This document shows positions 13,801 to 26,157 of a stretch of DNA of 64,000 bases, one piece after another. The position numbers and the translations under genes are program-made. The DNA comes from Blasia pusilla (taxonomy: Eukaryota), in contig CM114271.1 of NCBI GenBank assembly GCA_050084515.1, positions 41,540,001 to 41,604,000 on the forward strand, read 5' to 3'. Each line of letters starts with the position of its first letter. Position 1 is the first letter of the stretch. The notes beneath the pieces were generated by a model that did no database searches, was not told the origin of the DNA, and saw only the letters and a program-made list of their open reading frames with translations.

Positions 13801-16459
13801 CTAGTTGGGGCTTCCAAGAGCCAAACCAAGTATTGAATTTGGAAGTCTCAAGGTTAGGAACTCTTCATAATGCAAGTAGGGAAGAGTGGAGGTCAAACTC
13901 TCTCATGATATCCCCCTTCCCTCCTTGAAGGAATCTCTTGTCGTATGAAGGAGATAGATGGGGAGGGGTATGTAGCATCCTCCTAAGGAGATTTGGTGAA
14001 ACCCAATCATGCATTTTGGCCAAATTTTCGAGAGTGAGGATCACTGTAGGATGTTATGATTACTCTTATACTCTTTGTCACTTATATTGGATTTTTCAAG
14101 CCACAGACTCGTTGAGAATTTACATCAAATATTTCTTAGTATTATCATGCTATATTCATAATTCCTCCTATTTTCCCTCTAGATACCCTACATCTTTCTC
14201 ATTGTTCGAGGATTTTTGGGATTTTTTTCTTAACCATTCCAAATTGGAGAGACGTGTCACGTCTTTTAGGATAGATCGATGAGATCTAGTAGAGCGCCTT
14301 TGTGAGTAGTGAAGAACACGCTCAATAGGTCGAGGATGACCTGTTGAGGCCCCGCGAAACTTGAGAGCAGGTTTCCCCTTCGTTTCGGCTCATTTGGAGC
14401 CATATTGAGAAACTTACTATTTTAGGTAAGTACCATTTTGAGTCTATGATTGAGTTTTTATTTTTGGTAAGTGGCCCTTGACCTCCTACATCAGGTCAAG
14501 AGCCAAGGAGGTGACTTGGGAGCATAGGTTACCATGGAGAGAGCTAAGGAGAGGGGAAGGTATACCTCAAGGAGAGAGAGAGCTTGAGAGCTCATTCTCT
14601 CTTTGTTGAACCTTTTGGCATGAGGTGGCGGAGCTATGGTCTTGCTTGCCTTGTGTGTGTAACCCAAGCCTCTCATTAGGAGAGTGGGTTTGGTTTGACA
14701 TTAAGAGAGACATGTGAGAGTGCATACATGTGAGAACTATGGTGTTGTGAGAGAGATTGGATCTTATTTTACAAAGAGAGAATGAGTGAATGAGAAAGCT
14801 TCATGGGGGAGCTCGATGGTTGCTCGATGTTTGGTGCAGGTTGGGGGACAGTGTTCCCCACTTCATGGCTCATGGGAGTGCTCACCGGAGCAACATCCAT
14901 GCGAGTTTTCTGTTTTGCTTTGCTGATTTTTTGTCGGAGAATGGCACGCGGAAGCGCTGCCCAATTTTTATAGCAATTGATTATGGGGGCGGATTGCTCC
15001 ATGCTGATGCTCTCAAGAGCACCATATAGCTGGCTGATTTTTTTCTCACATGTTTTACATTTTCGTTGGGAGAAATCAGCGCGGAAGTACTGCCAAATTT
15101 TGGGTAGGAGAAAGAGACATTGGGCTTTATGACAATCCCTGTCACTTTTTACTGGAATTTTTGATTCAAAATATTTTTTAATTTTATTGTAGACCCTAAA
15201 GTTTTGCACGCAATAAAATAAACGGTGCGCAATTTGGAGTGGCGAGCAAAAAGTTATGGTCAATCTTGCAAAACTGCCATTGCTAGGCAATTTTGAGGGT
15301 TAAATTGTTCTAACCCTAAACCAGCCACCGCGCCGGCGGAGGCCGTCGCCGTCATAGTCATCCTCAACGGTCAACAATCACCATCAAGGGTCAACCGTCA
15401 CTATCCATCGTCGGCCGTTGCCGTCGCCTAGCACTGCTCGGAGCCGCGTTGAACCGTGATCCACCCTTTGATTGTTATTGCCGCCATTACGGAGTGGAGG
15501 GTCTTCCACGACCACCGTTGATTCTCTGACTTGTGCCGCCACCACGTACTTTGGTTTGGCCACCACCATCATCGTAGATCCATCATCAACCAGTGATGGC
15601 AGGTGACCTTGGGTTATGGTGTTTGAGTTTTCATTTCATGTTGCTATGTTGTGATTGGTAGCCGCTCGACGACGATCGAGTAGCTTGCGTCACGCCTGTA
15701 GCCGCAACGCGTTGTCGATTGCGGTGCCGTGCCACTCATGGCCGCACCGCACCATCTCGATCATGGAGCCGCTCTTCACTAAGGAGCAGAGCGTGTGAAT
15801 TGCTGATTGAGGAGGGTATGCCGCCGAGTGCCGCACCCCATTCTCGAGCGTCGTGCCATTTGTAGTTGTTACGTGTCGCCACTGTCGCATCGGAACTGTT
15901 GGACATGCACCGCACATCGAGGAGGTTTGAGCAGCATCAGTACAAGAGGAGTACAACTTGCTGATTGGAGGAGTTGTCTCCACGACCGAGTTGGGGTTGA
16001 GATTTGCAGTTGCCGAGGAGCGACATCGACATTATTGTCAATTATCCATTCTAGTCTCTTACCCTGCACGTGTGAAGGATTTTTGGGTATTGGGAAGTTA
16101 TTTGGGATTTTGGGTTTCGTGTTGATGCTAGGAGCATTGATGATGTATGGGCTTAGGGAACATAGACCTGTGTGGGATGTCGAGTTGAGGATGGTTTGTC
16201 GATGAGACGATAGATCAATTGATTTGCCGCACCACGTTGCTTGTTGCCGCACAACACACGTCTCAGTAAGAGAGTGTAGATTGAGTGTCGCATTTTTTGT
16301 TTGAGTGATTGAGGGATTACTCACGAGATTGAGAGTGATCGTGTGTGAGGGGCACGAGGGCCATCACGGTGTCCTTTTAGGATTTTGAGAGGCGAGGTAG
16401 TGGACCTAAGAGTAGCTCTGGAGGGTTTACCCGGAGTGGTGCAAGGTTTTGAGGGTCTC

Positions 16460-18020
16460 CACGTAAGAGACCACCTCGATCTCCTTGTGTGTCATCTTCA
16501 GACAAGGGAGAGTGCATAGAGGAGTGTGTTAGTGATCCACCGTACACATTCAGTGGTCCTACCAGTTGGGCGTACGAGATGGACGACTGGGATAGAGGAC
16601 CGCGTAGGTTTTTGGGTGCTGTAGGCACCATAGAGCTACACGACTTCAGTGCGGAGTTTAGGAGTTGGTGTGACTCCCAGCGGGCTACGAACTCTAGAGA
16701 GTTCAACCCGTTTATAGCATAGAACGGTACGTTCCAAGCATTTAGAGGGGGCGCCCATGGACGATTACCATGAGTTCTCCCACATATATGCCCAAGAGAT
16801 TAAGGCATTGCGACTCTACTATGACCCACATTATATGTCATGGACGGAGCCGTTCCCAGATGAGGAGGAGGAATCAAGAGAGGCTACTTTCTCTTCCACT
16901 AGTGATGTTTTAGGAGGGGTCACTCGCACTGGAGCAGTTGCACCGTCTAGTCGGGTTCGTCCCAGGTTCAACCCCGTGGTTGAGTTCTTTGCTGAGTTGA
17001 GGGCAAACTACCAAGGGGTACAGACTGAGAAGTTGTGGAGCATCCACGACTTCCAGAGGCTCCCGGATGAGAGCTTGGGTGAGGCTTACACTCGCTTGCA
17101 CCAGTTGATCAACGTCACTCAGGGGATGACAGAGACTCGGGCTATCTAGTCATGGTACGCGATGTTGGACCGGACCCTTCGCACATGGGTGCGGGAGGGA
17201 TGCTTCTTATTGACACCTCCCCTACCTTGAGAGATGTTTTTAGGACTGCCGAGAACATTGAGCGCAACATGGCGGAGGAGAGCGTAGCCACCATGGGTTC
17301 TGGGCGAGAGCAGTCACGATCGTCTGCACCATCTATGCAGCAACGTGGACTTTGAGATAGGTTGAGTGTGGCACCACGAGCTTAGGGAGGATATCCGGAG
17401 GCCCTGCCACAAAGACCTACGCCTTCATATGCGGATCAATAGCAGCCGCCTACGATTACTTGTTGGTGATGTGGTGGAGCCCATCATCAGCGTGATTGCA
17501 CTCGTCAGGGTAATGGACCTGTGCCTGAGCATGCAAGAGGAGATGGTGTTGCACCAAGAGGTTATCAGTGTGACTATTCTCAAAGATATGGTCATACATG
17601 CACCTGATGTTTCAATTTACATCCTGAGCTACGTCCCGACCGAGGGCCAGAGAGGGCACCAAAGCGAGTAGCCGTCCGGGTGGGCCTAGAGATTGTGCAC
17701 CAAGTGGTCCCGTTTGGGGATGAGGAGATGGAGTTTCCTGACAGGGTGGTGGAGCTGCCCGTGGAGGAGGTAGAGTCCTACCACCTAGACGCATCGAGGG
17801 ATACGCCGGGCGTGAGGCTGGGATGGCTTCTCAGATACAGCAGCTACCGGAGCAGATTGCCGCTATGGCATTGAGGTTACTCGATACAAGATCCGTGGCA
17901 TCGACATCATATGGAGCAGCCAAAGATATGGAGGATCTTGGTTGGATGTGCGGGGTTGCCCAAATGGAGGCAGCTGCAGTTGTGATGCGTGGAGCAGCTG
18001 TAGAGTTGGATCCCTAGCGA
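16460..18020 (+). pseudogene. gag-like region with two zinc knuckles
   Basis: FQRLPDESLGEAYTRL (retrotransposon gag major-homology-like); knuckles CW*CGGAHHQRDC and CDYSQRYGHTCT*CFNLHPELRP at ~17460-17635. Confidence 0.75.
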
Positions 18021-18496
18021 GGGAAGGCCAAGAAATAAACTAGGCTTCCTGAGTCTTTCATGTTGTCTGAGATGATGAGGACCCCATTGATGGGTCCTGA
18101 TCAGAGTTCCTAGAGAGTTGGTGATGTTGTTGGTGTGCAGGCACGGAGGACGATGGGAGAAGCGAGTGCGACAACTCCTGATGATGCTCAGGAGGGGCAT
18201 ATGTCGAGCATATTTTGGGGGTGGCCACTATTGTGTATCGTGCTCCTTTATTTTCTGCTTCCGATGTTATGACGTTGGGAGGTACGCTCACCGAGTTTTT
18301 TCTGCTGGCCGCTACGCTATGTGAGCGTGGAGTTGGAGTTCCTCCATCACGTTCAGAGGTGATTGAAGAGGAGGTGATGGACTTGCCCTTGGAGCAAATG
18401 CTCGAGCCATCCACGTCAGATTCATGGCAGGTTGCGGCTGCTAGGATGGCGAGAGATGCCCGCTAGACCCGTGATAGAGCGTGCCATGGGTTCTCC

Positions 18497-18660
18497 TGGT
18501 GTTGTGTTGCTGGATAACCGAGGAGAGGTCTTCTAGTTGGTGAGTCCCAGAAGTATAGCTTTTAGTCCGAAGCACGTCTTGTTGGATTCATGAGCGCAAC
18601 CCCTGATGTTGGGGAAAGCGTCATTTAGAGTATTGGTCTTGACAAGAGCCGATGTGGAGG
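18497..18660 (+). pseudogene. Aspartic protease remnant
   Basis: GVVLLDNRGEVF*LVSP..KHVLLDS*AQPLMLGK, a degenerate LDSGA motif; truncated by a deletion that runs into DNMT motif I. Confidence 0.7.
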
Positions 18661-19590
18661 GATCAACACTAGGTTAGCTGCTATTTTGCACATTGGAGTG
18701 TGCGTGCAGCAATACCTGTATGTGGAGATTGATGATGTTGTGAGGCACGCTTCACTTAACCATGTGGTGTTGTAACTCCTCTATTTCCCCGACTTGTTGT
18801 CTGCGTCCGCCATTCAGGCTTACCAGAGTTCCCTACCGAGGGACATTTCATTGTTGGGGGCGTAGGACTTGGAGCGGGTAGGGACCATAGACTTGGTCAT
18901 TGCTGGTTGGCCGTGTCAAGGAAAATCGAGTGCTAGACAAGGTAGCAGGTTAGCTAACACTCGGTCTAGGTTGTTTTGGGAGATGATGCGGATCTTGCGA
19001 CATTTACAAGAGCATTAGCCTCGTTCTCCAACATACATTTTGGAGAATGTGCCAATTTTGGGCAATTCGAAGTCCCGCGTGGTGATGAGTGCACATCAAG
19101 TGCGCGCATGGATTGGCTTGGCAATGTTGTTAGATGCGGTGGTGTGGGTTCACGAGCACATTGCCGGCGTCTTTGGTGAACCAACTTGGTACCACACGAG
19201 GTGTTACAGAGGGCATATGCAAGAGTGGAGCGCCCCTCCGATTTGTTGATGGATTCTATATTGGATCCATGCCGTTGATCACAGGAAGTGAGGCTAGATG
19301 ATGGACCTCCGTTGATTGTGGTCTACAGGATTGGCAGGCCATGGGCAACCTTTCCCACATTGGTGAGTTTTCTCGCTTCCTATGCATTCAAGGAGGCCGG
19401 ACCTGGCTTGGTTTGGGATGACCAAGTACAAAAGTTGGTGGAGCCCAACGCCGATGAGCGAGATCGAGCGATGGGATTCCCCACAGGAGTGATAACAGGA
19501 GTGTCACTATCAGAGGCATCACGACGTCATGTCTTGGGTCAGGCGATGGACCTGAACTGCTTGACATGGATTTTGAGCTTAGGAGTAGCT
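18660..19590 (+). pseudogene. C5 cytosine DNA methyltransferase domain in retroelement copy 2
   Basis: GINTRLAAIL (tail of motif I), YLYVEIDD, IDLVIAGWPCQG, YILENVP, EPNADERDRAMGFP, RRHVLGQAMD. Confidence 0.9.
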
Positions 19591-19890
19591 GACCGGCGTT
19601 GTTTGAGGATACGACAGATCACAGTTGTTGCGTTGGTGAGCCCCATGCCTACCGAGGCGGTTGAGGCAGTGGCTAGGAGCGAGACCCAAGGAGATCGACA
19701 CACCAGGGATGATTGGGAGAGACACCCTTGGACTTCTTAAGATGTTTGGCAGGTACGCCAGGAGATGATAGCCATAGCATCGAGTGTGGTTCCGGGTACT
19801 GCACGTGGAGATGAGAGTTCTATTGTCTGAGACGGGGTTGCACCATATCAACCACCGACACCCGCGCCGGAGAGTCCTACCGTAGTCACG

Positions 19891-22800
19891 ATGGAGACTT
19901 GGGAGCTAGATATGGGCCCTAATTTGACAAGAGGAGAGCGGCGCCGGATACACCGGTTCCTTAGGAGTTATAGGAGCTATTTTGAATTTAGTATGCATGA
20001 TTTGGGTACGCTAAAGAGTCCAAGGATCCGCATTGAGTTGGCGAGTGACACGCCGATCTTCCGAAGACCCTACAGGTATAGTGACATGGAGAGGGCTCTG
20101 ATTCAGAGTAGAATCCAGGACTTGGTTGAAGCTTGACAAGTGGAGATGTCGCATGGAGAGTATGCATCTGCCATTATCATGCCCGCCAAGAAGGATGTGC
20201 ATGTCAACTCGACGGATAGGCGGATGTGTGGAGGTTACCGACCTATCAATCGACAGACGAAGTCCAATAGGTATACCATGCCCACCGTTGAGGAGATCTT
20301 TGATGCGATTGGGCATGCAAAGGTCTTCTCTTCATTGGATTTGCAAGTCGGATATCATCAGTTGCCTATCAAATTGGAGGAGAGGCAGAAGACGAAATTT
20401 TGGGGCATCGATCCTCACGGGAAGGATTGTTTGTATCAGTGGCGATTCTTACCATTCAGGTTAAAGAGCGCCCTGGATGAGTTTCAAAGGGTCATAGATA
20501 GGATCTTGGCAGGTCTCGATTTTGCAAGATGTTATATTGATGACATCGTAGTCTTTAGCAGCACGGTTGAGGAGCATGAGCGACATCTAGAGGAGGTGTT
20601 TCGACGATTGCAATTACATGGGGTGAAGCTACATCCAGGCAAGTGCAAGTTCTTCTACGATCAGATTGAGTACTTGGGTCATACGATATACCTTGGGGGG
20701 CTTGGTGTGCAACAAACGAAGGTAGAGGCTATTTCACGCATTCCACGCCGTACAGATGTGAGTCGAGTTTGTGAATTCATGGGATTGGCAAACTTCTATC
20801 GACGGTACGTCAAGGGTTTCAGTTTGATTGCGAAGCCGCTAACCTTGATGACCAAGGTGGATCAGGAGTGGCACTGGCGGGATGAGCAAGAGAGAGCGTT
20901 TCAAATGCTCAAGGACAGATTGACCTCCGTGCCCATATTGGAGAGCGATCAAGGGGCGTCCTTTACAGTTGCATAGCGATTGGAGCATGTTGGGGCTTGG
21001 AGCCATGCTCGCCTAGCATGATGATGATGGTAGAGAGTTTGTGGTGGCTTATGCTAGTTGCTCGAACAACGTCGCAGAGGCAAAGTATACCTCGTATGAG
21101 GGTGAGTGTTAGGCTGCACTATGGGCTGTTGCACATTTTAGATGTTATCTATTCAGAAATCCCTTTACCATCATTACTGATCATCAGCCACTTAAGTGGT
21201 TGATGAAGTCCGACAAGTTGACAGGGAAGCTTGCAAGGTGGGCTCTTTTGTTGCAAGAGTATGACTTCCAGATGGTGCATAGACCATGGACACTCAACCA
21301 GGATGCAGATGGTTTGAGCCGTAACCCATGCCTGAGTCAGCGAGATGCGATTGGAGCTCGTTGGCATGGTGAGAGTGATGAGGAGTTGGTGCCAGAATGG
21401 CATGCGTCAGCCTATTTGGGCTTGTTGGCTATGGAGAGCCAGATTTATGAGACTTCGATGGCGAGGTTTGATGGAGAGTCCTTAGATCCAGAGGTCGGTA
21501 AGGAGAGGACAGGTGGCCGAGACATTCACGACGATGGAGTGATCTTGGAGTACCTACGTACTGGCAGCGTCGCGAGCACAATGGATGCTAGAGAGCGGGA
21601 TCAGATCCTATAGTATGCCACACGGTTCTAGTGGGAGGGCACACATGCATTGCGAGTGTGGGAGGATGGTAGAATGCGTGTAGTGCCTCATCCTTCGCAG
21701 AGACCATGTTTGGTGCGTCATGCCCACGAGGAGTTGGATCATTTTGGAGTGAAGCGGGCGTACAGCTTGCTCAAGATTCAATATTGGTGGCAAGGCATGC
21801 AGACTAACGTTGAGCACTTTGTTGCGAGATTCATGGTGTGTGATCGAGTCCGAGCATCGTTCAATGCTCCAACTCCACAGTTGCATCCACTTCCGATCAT
21901 GGATTTAGGTTATAGATGGAGTTTGGATTTTGTAGGACCTTTGCCTTTGACGGAGCGCCATAGTCATTATGTGTTGGTGATGGTCAAGCACTTCTCAAAG
22001 TGGATAGAGTTGGTTGCATTGCCTGACAAAGCGAGTGAGGGAGTAGCGTATGACTTCCTAGATCAAGTTCTGAGTCATTACGGCGCACCAACAGAGGTGT
22101 TGACAGATCAGGGTACAGAGTTCCGCGGGGAATTTCATGTCTTGTATGATCAGGCACTGATCGACCACCGTACTACTTCGCGAGATCATCCTGAAGCGGA
22201 TGGACTAGAGGAGCGGGTTGTGCAGACGGTGAAGAGAGGACTGCGTAACTATGGCTTGAAGAGAGGTCACCTAGGAGATTGGGACCTTCAGTTGCCATGG
22301 TTGGCGATGGGATACAGATTCAGAAAGCACCCATCCTTAGCGCCTTTCTCACCCTACTTGTTGCTTTATGGCCGAGAGCCAGATTTACCTCCGACCATTC
22401 GTCGAGATGTTGGTGAGGTGTTGAACCTTGATGACCCTGATGTATGGATGTGAACATGTTTTCAGAGGGCTAAGTTGTTTCGGAGAGTGATGCCCATGGC
22501 GTTTGAGAAATTGGAGATTGCGCAACATTAGGATACGTTGAGGTATGTGACTATTTGGGGAGGTGGTTATCGACCTACTGTCCGGAGGTTTCATCAAGGA
22601 GACTATGTCTACTTGCAGCATACGGCACCTACGACGTTGGATGTGACTGCATGGTGCACCATCTTGAGAGTGCGTGAGGTTTTGCCATTCGATGTTCTCT
22701 TATTGGAGGGACGCACTGGTATGGTTTGGAAGGACCATGTGCGTAATTGTGCGCCATGTCATCTTCCGAACATTGACAATACAGTTGATCCAAGCTTAGC

Positions 22801-22954
22801 AATAGTTCCTACATGCTTGCGGTGTATGTTGTGTGGTTCAGCCCATGGTGCAGCCACTATGCTAGTCTGTGATAGGTGTTCGAGAGGAGGACATATGGCA
22901 TGTTTGACGCTACCTCTCACTAGGGTTCCTCAAGGACGATGGATGTGTCCTTGA
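19891..22954 (+). pseudogene. pol of copy 2: RT, RNase H, HHCC+DDE integrase, PHD finger
   Basis: YIDDIVVFS; TDHQPLKWL; HAHEELDHFG..CDRVR; SLDFVGPLP..LTDQGTEF..DGLEER; CMLCG..CDRCSRGGHMACL..VPQGRWMCP. Confidence 0.94.
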
Positions 22955-25900
22955 TGTACATAGAGTAGGTAGTTCTACATTCCGACTTGTGTCTGTGATA
23001 TGGATGACAAAAAGGCGACTAACGATGGGGCCACATGAGCACCTGACCTTCTTGCTCTTGGCGTCCGAGAGATGTATGTCATGGTAGGTAGGGATAGATG
23101 GCTATCTGGCTAAGGGGGCGATTGGAGATATTTTGGTACTTTTTGTCTCGTTTTTTGGATGCCATCAGTTAGCATGGGATCGTGCGTGTTTGTGTGTGTG
23201 TTCGATGACAGCAATGTATGTTGTGTAGCGATGCATATGCACAGGACAAGTGTCACGTCTTTTAGGATAGATCGGTGAGATCTAGTAGAGTGCCTTCGTG
23301 AGTAGTGGAGGACACGCTCAATAGGTCGAGGATGACCTGTTGAGGCCCTAAGAAACCTGAGAGAGCAGGTTTCCCCTTTATTTCGGCTTATTTGGAGCCA
23401 TATTGAGAAACTTGCTATTTTAATTAAATACCATTTTGAGTATATGATTGAGTTTCTATTTTTGGTAAGTGGCCCTTGACCTCCTACATCAGGTCAAGAG
23501 CCAAGGAGGTGACTTGGGAGCATAGGTTACCTTGGAGAGAGCTTGGGAGAGGGGAGGGTATACCTCAAGGAGAGAGAGCTTGAGAGCATTCTCTCTTTGT
23601 TGAACCTCTTGGCATGAGGCGGCGGAGCTATGGTCTTACTTGCCTTGTATGTGTGACCCAAGCCTTTTATTAGGAGAGTGGGTTTGGTTTCACATTGAGA
23701 GAGACATGTGAGAACTATGGTGTTGTGAGAGAGATTGGATTTATTTTATTGGAGATATGTTGGTACTTCTTGTCTCGTTGTTTGGATGCCATGAGTTAGC
23801 ATGGGATCGTGTGTGTTTGTATGTGTGTTCAGTGACAGCGACGTATGTTATGTAGCGATGTGTATGCGCACGACAAGAGCCCATTGTTGGAATTTAACCA
23901 AATAAGTCGATCTAATACTCGTTATTGTTATGTTTGCTAGAAGAGTTGTAAATCGTCTAATTCATATTCCCTACAATCCTCCCTATGGCATAAATTTTCA
24001 TGGTCTAATCTTTATACCTACCATCAATTCTAGTAATATATGCATAGCATAGCTTTTCTCTCGATGGGCTACCACTTATGAGGCTAGGTTAAACATTGGT
24101 CATCCCAAAAGGAATTTCCCTAATCTCCAACCCCAGTTCAATGTTCTTCAAGAGGTCCATAATGAATGAAAATATTCCCATACAAAAGATCAATATGGAG
24201 AACTTTGAAGTTTGCACTTGTCATTGTGTCAATGGTTTTTGTGGTACTAAGAAAGACGATCATGATTTGGATGACATTCTACTCACTATATGAGCATTTC
24301 ACTTTGTTTCAATCAATTAATTTTAGAATGGTTGAATTGAATTCAAGAGTTTTTTTTTAGAATTTGTATCTCATAAAATTTTGTAGCATTCTTCAAAAGG
24401 AAGTCTTTGACATTCATTGGGCAGATCAAAACCAAATTACCTCGTCCTTCTTACGCAAATATTCCTAAAAAAAATTTGGGAGGAGCCTATTAATGCAAAG
24501 GCCTTCATATTCTCCAATATGTACATGGAGAGAGCAAATGAAAATCCATAACATGATCAAAGACATACTAACATCAAACCAAAGTCGCAATTGACCAATC
24601 ATCACATCATCGGTCCACTTGTAATGATTAATTAGTGCTTGTTTCAATTTTTTCTAATTTCTTGGTTTTTCTTGGGTTATGCTTTTCAATTTACCTCATT
24701 TAAATCGTTACCTTTCTTTTGGATTCCTTGCTGCATTTTCAATCCTTTTTTTTTCCTTTCCTTATGATATTTTTCTAGCATAACAAATTGTAAACTTGCA
24801 ATACTACTTATTGTGCCTTGTATAACCTACTGAAAATATTTAATAATTTTTTTTAAATAGTTGAAACTTCAAAACGAAATTCACAAGATAAGATTTAACC
24901 TTATTTGTTTGAATACCTAAAATTAGATTCATATTAGTATTACCAATATGACAATCCAATTACCAATAAACCCCATTTCTTAACTAGTAAATTCATCCAC
25001 CCACTCTTCTTTTACTAAAAAGAGACTTTAATGTATTTAAGAGATCATGATTATTTTGTATAGATCTATGTTATCATTGGAGAATGCATTCTTAATTTGC
25101 TAACACCTATCTGCATGACATGTCACAACCGGGCAACATTAAAGTATTTCCTCTTCTCCAAGCAGGAAAAAAACTCTTTTTTTACCAATATGATAAATCC
25201 CATTACTCCACTAGTATAAGTCAACTGAAACTCTTTAAAGTCAAATGCATTCCATGATGCACTGGAAATTACATAATTACTGGATTAGAAAACCTACATT
25301 CGCAACAATCATTCATCCATCCCACATTTCTACACCTAATCGGAGAGCTGCACTCTCTTGCTACGCTACATTCAGAAAAAATTGCACTTACTTGACCTTC
25401 CTACTCTTTGGAAAACATACTTAGTTCATTTACCCTGGACCCTGACACACCACACCAAGCACGTGGTTCAGCTCTTAGAGGTGTTAAGGGAGAGAAGGGA
25501 AAGCAAGGCCCATTGGATAAGTAAGGCCTCCATGCTGGACACGGTTGTTATGTGAACAATGTACCCTCGGAAATGGAAGCCATAACATCTGTAACATCAA
25601 CCCAAACACATCATCACCCAGCATACTTACTCATTCTCGCATCCTCTTACTCCTTCGATACTCTTGGACCAGTACATATTGTGAAGCCTTTTAGTCCTAG
25701 CGCGTCTGCATCATATCCTTACTTTCTCTCATTCCATCTACATGTCAGCATTTTCACAGACTTTGCTATCCTGAAGGCCAGTGGACTGTTCAATTTTGCA
25801 GCACCAACATAAGGGCGAGCGTGAAAAATGCCGCCAAGTTCACAGATAATCCCAATTGCTGTACTTGACGACGTAGTTATGCTCTACCCCTCATCCAATA

Positions 25901-26157
25901 GTCTGAAGTGGGAGACGATAACCTTTTCATGAAGGTAGTGTGCAACTCACAGCATGTCACCAGCCCTAAAGTTCTCTACTCAGACCAGTCATCTGTGTGT
26001 CAAATATCAAAATGAGATGCCTTCGCCGTTGCGGGAGGCATCCAGCACATGCACTGCCGCCTTTCTCCTAACCTACTTTTGTCGTAATTCTTGCAGTGGC
26101 TGCTTCTGAGGGCAACACTTTGCTCATTGAGCACATTTAGTGGGAGGCTAGACTAGG

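Larger units (their letters stand above)
14255..23875 (+). mobile_element. Near-full-length Ty3/gypsy-like retroelement copy 2 with DNMT and PHD, bounded by split direct repeats A1...B1-A2-B2
   Basis: A1 14255-~14770 (starts TGTCACG); long leader; gag ~16460-18000; protease ~18500-18660; DNMT ~18660-19590; RT/RNaseH/integrase/PHD 19891-22954; B1 23121-23248; A2 23251-23747; B2 23748-23875 (ends CGACA). Confidence 0.93.

Noticed and set aside
14250-14254. 5-bp TSD for copy 2 (AGACG vs AGAGC at 23876-23880)
   Set aside because: Only 3 of 5 bases match, and it conflicts with the 4-bp TSD of the solo unit; not accepted as evidence.
14769-16324. Antisense or extra ORFs in the retroelement leader (possible env-like gene)
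   Set aside because: No recognisable motifs and only one copy to compare.
14255-23875. DIRS/Ngaro tyrosine-recombinase element
   Set aside because: The repeat layout fits, but the element encodes an HHCC+DDE integrase and no YR motifs were seen.
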